A stretch of DNA of 63,662 nt, the filler included, from Lenisia limosa (taxonomy: Eukaryota; Protista; Breviatea): NCBI GenBank assembly GCA_001655205.1. It is 7 parts of 7 records of this genome, joined end to end, with 100 filler letters (N's around TTAATTAATTAA, not from the genome) between each part and the next. Parts side by side here need not be neighbours in the genome. Positions count along the whole stretch, not along the records: positions 52,378 to 62,320 come from LPNZ01001846.1; positions 62,421 to 63,662 come from LPNZ01000901.1; 5 more parts are not named here. One strand, written 5' to 3'. Of this stretch, positions 55,901 through 63,662 are shown piece after piece. How positions within the stretch are numbered: position 1 is the first letter of the stretch; the number at the start of each line of letters is the position of its first letter. A model generated the notes under the pieces. That model saw nothing but the letters and a program-made list of their open reading frames with translations. It ran no database searches and was not told where the DNA came from. The translations under genes were made by a program, and so were the position numbers.

Positions 55901-58900
55901 ATCAGGGTGAGAGGGGTGAACAGAATTGGGTCATTTTCACAAGTGTGAACTTTCGTTTTCCAAGTTGTGATATGATTCAAAATTCACACGACTGACAAGT
56001 TTCAAGTACTAAATGTATCGAATTGTATTATCCAAGCCTACCCTGGAGTGATTGGATGTGGTGCTGCAGAAGCGGGCCTGGGCTTTGTTTATTAACCCTC
56101 ATGTGATGTCAGCTAACAGAGTTGATTTTGGGCTTTTTGTGTTTCATAAATTTTCCAATTTCACCCCCCCCCCTCTAACAAATTCTCCGTTTTACTCCCC
56201 CAACAGTTTGAGCAACATTGTGGGCCTTGCAGCACCTTCCGCCCTGGGGGATGTTTACGTGGACTACTCTAATTGTATGCTTGGGGGTGGTGTGCAAACT
56301 AATATGGCAAGTTCAGAGAATACCTTGTTTTGATCGAACTAATATGGCAAGTTCAGGTAATACCTTGTTTTATACAGAATATGACAAGTTCAGAGATATC
56401 ATCTTTTGAAAAGCTGTTTAAGGACAATTATGTTTAAGGGACGATTAGTCCATTATTTTTGAAGAACAGCACATATTTCTCCTGGTCGGTCACCCATTTT
56501 AGTTTATTTCCTCCGCAACGCTGTAACAGTTAATGACATATCCATCACCATGTGCGATCCTCAAGGCCGTGGGGGAAGGGGTTGAGGAGGAGAGGGCAAT
56601 TCATTTGACAGGGTTGGAAATTTGTTTTACTCTTCCTCTTGCAGATATCATTGTATTCCCTCAGGCCTGTATAAGCAGTTGCCAACACTATGATGCTCTG
56701 TTATAGAATCGTGTACTACACACTATGAATATGATATTGTGCTACGCAAACATGCTCATAAACATGTGTTGGAGATACTGTGTACACCAATTTCATGGCT
56801 ACATAAGAGAAATAATAGTATATACATTAAAAATCTAGGGAAATTATACATAGGGATACCATTAACAGATTACCATACTTCCGCGCCCACGCTCCTCGGC
56901 GCCCACCCACCGATACCTACATGTAACATATGATATGATGGATATTGTTTTCCTACATAATTACAAATTTTTGCATGTGCTTTAGATACGCAACACACTC
57001 ATTCCCCCAGACCTGAATAAGATCACAACGGCCAACAACATTCTTGTGACCAACTCGGTTCATTTTGGCGAATGTCAAGTTTTTGAGGGTCTTCAATCGG
57101 CAAGTGGGAGGGAGGGGTTGAGGGTTTATGGACATTTATGTTCCATCAGCGTTATTTATCCCCGTAGATGAGCTTGTTATTGACTCGGTTGGGGCTATTC
57201 GCGAGTTCGCTGGAGGATCCTTCGGTGCAGTCACTTCTCTATCATCAATCAGTATTGTCAACAACATTAGTATGGGGGAAATGGTCAACAATATGAGATG
57301 GGGAGAATGAATATGGGATGTGATTAAAAAAAGGAACCATATTGCGACTCGAAAGTCTCTATTAAGTTCATATTACAAGAGGATATGGGGTAACATTTGA
57401 GAGTATCATCACATTTAGTGGACAGTTCACCATCATATCATACTCTAGCATTTGTGGATATTTAAGATTATATACATACGTGGGATATAGTACATAGCAG
57501 AGTACCACCATTGCCTTTGTGGATGGGTGAATGGAATGGTGTGGACGGTTTCGGCCAGATACAACGTATAATATTATATTTTATGTTTTGTGGATATTGC
57601 CAGTATTCATCTGACTTCTCAGACCTGGTGACATCACCCGCTTTCGAGTCCCTCACGACCGTCGGGAGCATCACGATTATGACCAACGAAGCCCTTGGAG
57701 TGGTCACGGGTTTCAATGCACTCTCAACTCTTGGTTAGCTTCGGTGGCAATGGTGTTATTCATTTTGACTCGACAGTCGGGAATTGATAATTTATTCAAA
57801 AAAATTTCATAGGAATACCATGAGGGCTTCCCTACTGTCCGAAAAGACCTGTAAAATATCGATATTTATCGAGGATTTATCGAAAAATTCAGTCTTTTTT
57901 GGGATTACCTCCCAGACAAACTCCACCTCCAACAACTTCCCGCTCTCCGAGAACTGTCAGGCTTTTCGTCGGTGACGACCATGAACACCCTCTATATTCA
58001 CACTGCTGCCATAACCGGAATTGATGGTTTTAAGGTTGGGAGAGGGGGGTGAAAAGAACAAGGATGTAAATAGTAACTAGTTAAGGAAGAAAAACAAATA
58101 ATATTCATTCTGTACAGAGAAAAATAATAAAGGAACAAGGAACTATTTGTTTATAATCTTGGACACACCGGGGCGGAGGTTTGAAACAACTATTTAGGTT
58201 TTTCATCATTTTATGATTGTTTTTACGAGTGTAGAATCTGGAAACCATTGCTGTTCTTCTTGAACTGGACTTCTTCGACCGCTTCTTTACTTACCTTGAG
58301 TTTCCCAAGCTTGGTCATATCGAGGTTGGAGGGAGAGGGGGCGGTTTGGCTCTACATTTTGCTTTTTTGCATACTAACATATTCACCCATTCTATTTTCC
58401 AATCATTTCAGATTTCTCTAATTTCTACATTTTCAAATTTTTATTCTCTTACTCCCAGTCTTTCTCCTCTGTGATGTCTACAAACATCAAGAGCTTCTCA
58501 GCTCCTCTCACAACAATGAGTTCAGTGATGCAATTCAGTGGCATGATGCTAGAGTGGGGGGTTTGCTGAAAATATTGTGTACTATTTGATGCTAAAGTGG
58601 GGCTTTTCTGATGCTAGAGAGGTGGTTTTTTCTTTGTAAATCTCGTGTACTTGAGCTTGGTTCCCATCTTGACAGATACAGCCTATTTTTATTTCTCAAA
58701 ACTCATTTATCCCATTCAACCAGCTCACAATTCACTGTTGTTTTTTTAAAAAAGTCAACTCATCCCCCCACCCTAGAGAGCTCAATGTTTTCTCATCCCT
58801 CCCTAGAGAGCTCAATGTTTTCTCCCAGGCTTCCGGTAGCGTTGTAGCACTCGACCTTTCCTCACATACTGCGCTGAAGAGAATCGACTTTCCTGCAGGA

Positions 58901-61850
58901 CCAGTTTGGGGGGGGGGGGTTGAACAANNNNNNNNNNNNNNNNNNNNNNNNNNNNNNNNNNNNNNNNNNNNNNNNNNNNNNNNNNNNNNNNNNNNNNNNN
59001 NNNNNNNNNNNATTTTATTTTACCTCCCCCCCCCCCTCTTATCTTACCTTTTTAAGGATATTGACTTCAGTGGAGCGGGTTTGAATGTTCCTCCCTCCAT
59101 CTGCTGCAGTTCTCTCTCGTCGTTCCTGGCTGGGGTTAATACTCTGGGTGGTGGTGTGACTTCCGCTATTAATGGTTCGAGGGGGGTACTGCGGCAATTT
59201 GTGTTATCAATTTCCTCTCATGTTTCTTCATTCGTCAATTTCCTCAATTTTCGCACCAACAGTGTATTCCTTCTAACGTCCAGTCTCTTCTTCCTCTAAC
59301 ATCCCGTGTGTAACATCCCAGGTACCACGTGTACTGAGTGTGTCGACGGCTGTGAAGGCCCAGATACTCCCCCGGGTGTTTGTAATGACGTGGGTATATT
59401 TGATGATGGTGTAATGTTTATCTCAAAATTCAAAAGTAGTAATTGAAATTGTATTATATTTATTTTCAAAGTACTATGCTACGCTCACAACCTTGGTGGT
59501 TAATTTTAATATCTCGCGATTATTGCTTTTGACTCTTATAGTGTTCCGGAAACAGCTATCCTGATACCTCCCTCAAATGCCCGAGTAAGGGGGGTGATGT
59601 GGACAAAACATGGGGTTTGTCTATAAACTACATTAGGGCTTCCCTACGGTCCGAAAAAGACCGTCAAAATATCGATATTCATCGAGAATTTTCGGGGAAA
59701 TTGTCTTTTTCGGGACCTGTAGAAGCCCCAAATATAATGTTGATTAAAACTGACCTATTGATTAAAAATATTTGATAAAAACTGACCACGCAGCTGACGC
59801 AGGCTACACGGGTCCAGCATATGACGCTATTCCCCCCTGTGCGTATGTGGAAGGTGGTGCTATGAACCTCAATGCATCTTGCTACCTTGGAACACCTGTA
59901 GACAGAATGAATGTAAGGGGGGGATGAAGACTTGTTTTCAGGTAGTAGAAGTATGGGTGATTTTTGAGGATTTTAACTGCAATTATTACTTCGGTTCAAA
60001 AAAAAAGGCTGGATTTCTCGATAAATATCGATATTTTATCAGTCTTTTTCGAACCGAAGTGAAACCCTAACTGTGATGTGGGATGAGTTTAAACAGAACA
60101 GTTACCATATAAGGAAGGTGCTTATTTTGTGTGTGTTTTTGTCCCCCTCCCCCCCTTTTTTTTGACCAAACTCAGACTACTGGCTTGACATTCCCCCTTG
60201 CTCCCGAGGATTTCCCGGTTACCTCCTACAATGTGACAACTTTCTTCGTATCCGCAGGCACATTTGTGAGTTGGGGAAGAGGGGGATGTAAAGGAGTCAA
60301 CTCCCTCACCTCTTTTTATTGGGCTCACATATTCCTTGTACCCCCTCCTCATTTCTTTTGGGTTTATATTTGTTGTTTTACGCCAATGTTCCGTAGAAAT
60401 TCTCTTTCTCTCTCTCTCTCTCTCATATTTCCAATTTTACTCCCACGCCCAGGTCTATGTCACGGGCCGGGTTGAGATCACCTCTATCGATGTGGTCCTT
60501 GATGATGCCGCCGTAATTGCGGGTGACGGCATGGGAATGATGGGTGATTGGGGGTACAATATCACCACCATTCTTACTAAACCCAAATTTCATCAATGTT
60601 TTAACTATGCAACGTTGTCTTTAATTTCTCATTGCTATATATTCGGCGTTGTCTTTAATTTCTCATTGCTTTTCGGCGTTGTCTTTAATTTCTCATTGCT
60701 ATAATATATTCGGCGTTGTCTTTAATTTCTCAAAGCTATATATGTACAGTGTATACTCGGCGTTGTCTTTAATTTCTCATTGCTATATATACAGCGTTGT
60801 GTTTTATTTATCATTGATATAATATATGCAGCGTTGGAGCCAGCTGATGGTGGAATCTGCTCCACCCGCTGCCCGTCATCGTCCGTCGGAACCGTGGCAA
60901 TTGTCGGAAATGGTGAGGGGAGTTTGTCGTAGTGTTCTCTTCATTTTTACATTCTATTAGTTTCAATATGACACTTCAAGTAGCTCCTTATTATTTTCAA
61001 AATCTCACCTGGCCACAGGAGGAAACGCGATCGGCTTCGGCGGTTTCGTTACCGACTCGCAAACAGACGCCACCAACCCCCGGGCCGCTGACGTCGGCAC
61101 CAGGGGATACAAGGCCGTCANNNNNNNNNNNNNNNNNNNNNNNNNNNNNNNNNNNNNNNNNNNNNNNNNNNNNNNNNNNNNNNNNNNNNNNNNNGAACAA
61201 CCTGGATAAGTTTTGACCAATTTTCCTTGGGAAATCATTGAGCAAAACGGTCAAGACTTATCCCGGTCACTGGTTTATATGACTTGTTTTTACGGGAGTA
61301 GACGACTTAGGCTAGACCCACCCAAATTAAATCACTTTTATAAATGATGCGTTTTAATTGCTTTTCACCATTCCCTTAAGCAGGAAACTTACCTGGTTTA
61401 GGAGGACCGTCTTTCGCCACCTACATGACCCAAGTTGGTGGAAATGGAGGAGCATCAATTGAATTCTTCACCCATGACTTTACCATGGGCATGACTACTA
61501 GGTGAGGGGGGGGGGGGTCCTATTGAGGTTAAGATTTGAAATAATACATATCACACATCATATAATATAAAAAAAAACTATTTTTACCTGCCTCAGGAAG
61601 GAGATAGTATTTTGGTTACAATTACATGGGGTTCAAATTTTGTTACTCATTTCAAATAAAATATAAATAAAACTCAATTGCACACATCTCACACCCCCAG
61701 CATTACGATGAACGGAGCCGCAGAGTCCGGCGGCTCATCAGCCTCGTGCGGCGGCGGCGGAGGTGGCGGTAGTATCGTCATCCATGCCACCGGAAATGTG
61801 GTAACCGACCAGCTGTCCGTTGCGGGAGGTGATAGCGCCTTTGTGGGGGG
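52976..61850 (+). CDS. Large secreted/cell-surface protein: signal peptide, many receptor-L-domain (Ecm33-like) repeats, Cys-rich linker, Gly-rich GGGGSI region
   Basis: MAEMRLIKLFLLVFFAAFTVQA...; repeats SLSSLASLQNATSLTF, GFDKLQTVTQLKISDN, PAFESLTTVGSITIMTNEALGVVTGFNALSTL, LPALRELSGFSSVTTMNTLYI; CTECVDGCEGPDTPPGVC; VGGNGGASIEF; CGGGGGGGSIVIHATG. More than 20 GT-AG exons; the 3' end was not located. Confidence 0.72.
55040..55200. repeat. 41-bp tandem repeat spanning an exon end and splice donor (~4 units)
   Basis: (ATCAAGTCCTTTACCGTCACGGGATGTTCTGGTATGGGGGT)n. Confidence 0.95.
59986..60069. mobile_element. MITE family C copy (left end eroded)
   Basis: ACTTCGGTTCAAAAAAAA...GTCTTTTTCGAACCGAAGTGAAACCCTA. 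Another right-end fragment lies at about 63104-63143. Confidence 0.75.
60612..60805. repeat. Degenerate ~30-40-bp intronic minisatellite (~6 units)
   Basis: (TTCGGCGTTGTCTTTAATTTCTCATTGCTA..)n. Confidence 0.9.
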
Positions 61851-62420
61851 ATCTTTTCTTCTTAATCTCAACAATTGTACCAAAAAGACACTGTTTAGCT
61901 GAAGCCAATTCAATTAGTTTTCCTCTTTTTGGGAACTGCCCAAGGGTACTTTTGTGTATGGTGCTTTGGATGCTTCATAAGCTTGAGCTTAGATTTGAGT
62001 GGACTTGGATTTGTTTTGTTGTTTTCAACCCTCGTGTCTTTCGCAATTTTGTTTTCAGAAAAACATAGTTAATTCTGGGGTTTTTATTTATGCTCAAGGT
62101 CCAAAATTATGTCGTTCATTATTTATGGTCGCCAAATCAGCTATTCCCCTTCAAAACAGTGATATATTTCTGAGAAATACACACTTTATTTGTTTATGAA
62201 GGGAAACAAAGCAAAATAACCTTTCAAAAATTTCATATTTGTTTTTTGCAAGATCATACAATGTCCTTTTTTACGAGTTAAATTGTTGTGAAGTTGACCG
62301 TAACATGAAAAAGAGACAGTNNNNNNNNNNNNNNNNNNNNNNNNNNNNNNNNNNNNNNNNNNNNTTAATTAATTAANNNNNNNNNNNNNNNNNNNNNNNN
62401 NNNNNNNNNNNNNNNNNNNN

Positions 62421-62560
62421 AATCCCAAGCCAATGCACCGTGTCCATGAGAATCCCAAGCCAATGCACCGTGTTCATGAGAATCCCAAGTCAATGCACCG
62501 TGTCTATGAGAATCCCAAGTCAATGCACCGTGTTCATGAGAATCCCAAGTCAATGCACCG
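62421..62560. repeat. 30-bp minisatellite (~5 units, runs into gap)
   Basis: (AATCCCAAG[C/T]CAATGCACCGTGT[C/T]CATGAG)n. Confidence 0.95.
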
Positions 62561-62574
62561 TAGTGTTACTCACT

Positions 62575-63662
62575 TGTTCCCAGGGTTTCTTGAGGACCAC
62601 TCTCTCCTTATACACGTGACGGACAGACTGACTGGTGTATAAACCGGGACCTGCCGGTGTAAAACGAAGGAAATTTTGATGAAGAATATTGGCGTAAAGG
62701 TACTCATCACGAACCGAATAATCTGAAACTCCAAACAAAAAATAATAACAAAAACCAAGCAATAACAAACACAAGCAACCAACGTTAAACTAGACCTGCG
62801 AGGGGGGGGGGGTAATTACGAATAATAATAGTTAAATCCGGAACCTGGGGAGGGGGAGTAAAATTAGAAAATTAATGAAACAAAAAAACCCCAAATCAAC
62901 TCTGTTGGCTGACAGCACACGAGGGTTGATAACAACAAATCAAAGCCCAGGCCAGCCGCTTCTGCAGCACCGCATCCCATCAGGGAATAAAACGAAGGAA
63001 TTTAGATGAAGAATAGGCGCAGTAAAATTTTAAAATTTTGTGAAACATAAAATAATCGTACTATTTGAAAAGCTGTTTTTAGACAAAGTATATTCCGCAT
63101 TTATCGAGAAATCAGTCTTTTTTTTGAAAGAAGTGAAGCCCTAGGTAGTAGAATAGTAAAAAAATGTGTCCCACCCGAATTTGGTGTCCCGTCCATCAAG
63201 GAAAACAGCTCGTTATCAAGGTAGTTCTGGAATGCAGTGTGATTGTAGCCCTTATTGTCAGCAAGAAGCTTGGCCATGGCCTAGGGTGGTGATATTTGAG
63301 ACGGGTGTGGGGCTTTTGAAAGGAGGATCGGGGTGGGGGAAGCTGATGGGAGTTGTATCTTTGCGACGCCGTCCACACCAACTTGCCATATATAGCAATA
63401 ATAAATAAAAACAAGGTATCTGGCGAAGCCGTCCACACCATCACTCTTATAAGAGACATTGAGTTATAGTATCATATTAATTCGCCCATTCATTTGCCTA
63501 CAAATCAGTGTACTAAGCTGTCTGCGTGCTCCCCAGCATATTTCATACCCTGAGTATTTTGCCCTTCAAACATGACAATCTCTCCCTTCATACCTTGAGA
63601 ATTTCGCCCTGCTGTGACATGTCACCTGCTTGAAGTCCGTAATGATAGCGGCCCTCTTTTGG
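62575..63662 (-). CDS. Internal exons of a gene running off the window, unknown product
   Basis: AMAKLLADNKGYNHTAFQNYLDNELFSLMDGTPNSG|PGLYTSQSVRHVYKERVVLKKPWEQ, a phase-1 GT-AG join. Confidence 0.5.
62850..62985 (-). repeat. Family B 3'-splice-site-associated dispersed repeat (~130 bp), reference copy
   Basis: GGGATG.GGTGCTGCAGAAGCG.CTGGCCTGGGC...TTGTTATCAACC...GCCAACAGAGTTGATTT.GGGC...TTTCATAAATTTTCCAATTTTAC-C(n). Other copies at about 17205-17261, 30780-30915, 48050-48130, 49595-49730, 52405-52465, 55405-55486, 56055-56170. Confidence 0.9.

Noticed and set aside
59490-59535. Possible third GT-TG intron in the surface-protein gene
   Set aside because: A fully canonical phase-0 solution (YYATLTTL|CSGNSYPDTSLKCP|TDAGYTG) exists and reads at least as well.
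62900-62985. Family B as a tRNA-derived SINE
   Set aside because: No convincing A/B boxes or poly-A tail were seen; left as an unclassified repeat.

Overview
Draft assembly of an intron-rich eukaryote using the standard genetic code; it looks like a protist, but the lineage cannot be fixed from sequence alone. It has many N gaps, often next to G/C homopolymers, and six artificial N44-TTAATTAATTAA-N44 contig linkers. The ORF track is misleading because genes are split into short exons, so I rebuilt genes by hand from GT/AG signals and reading frames. Recognisable genes: proteasome alpha-1 (PSMA1), an SLC35B3-like nucleotide-sugar/PAPS transporter, TEX261/Svp26, tRNA-Leu(AAG), a syntaxin C-terminus, a partial DHX16/Prp2 helicase, and a large secreted L-domain/Gly-rich protein. 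About ten further genes have unknown products. Mobile DNA: a decayed Ngaro/DIRS-type tyrosine-recombinase retrotransposon inside a DHX16 intron, a ~100-bp TA-flanked MITE family, and several short dispersed repeats. The most unusual signals concern splicing: (1) two adjacent 23/24-nt GT-TG introns in DHX16, (2) two repeat families sitting in sense orientation at 3' splice sites of unrelated genes, (3) apparent spliceosomal introns in the retrotransposon gag, and (4) G-rich 5' and C-rich 3' intron ends. Coordinates of unknown genes and of repeats are approximate.
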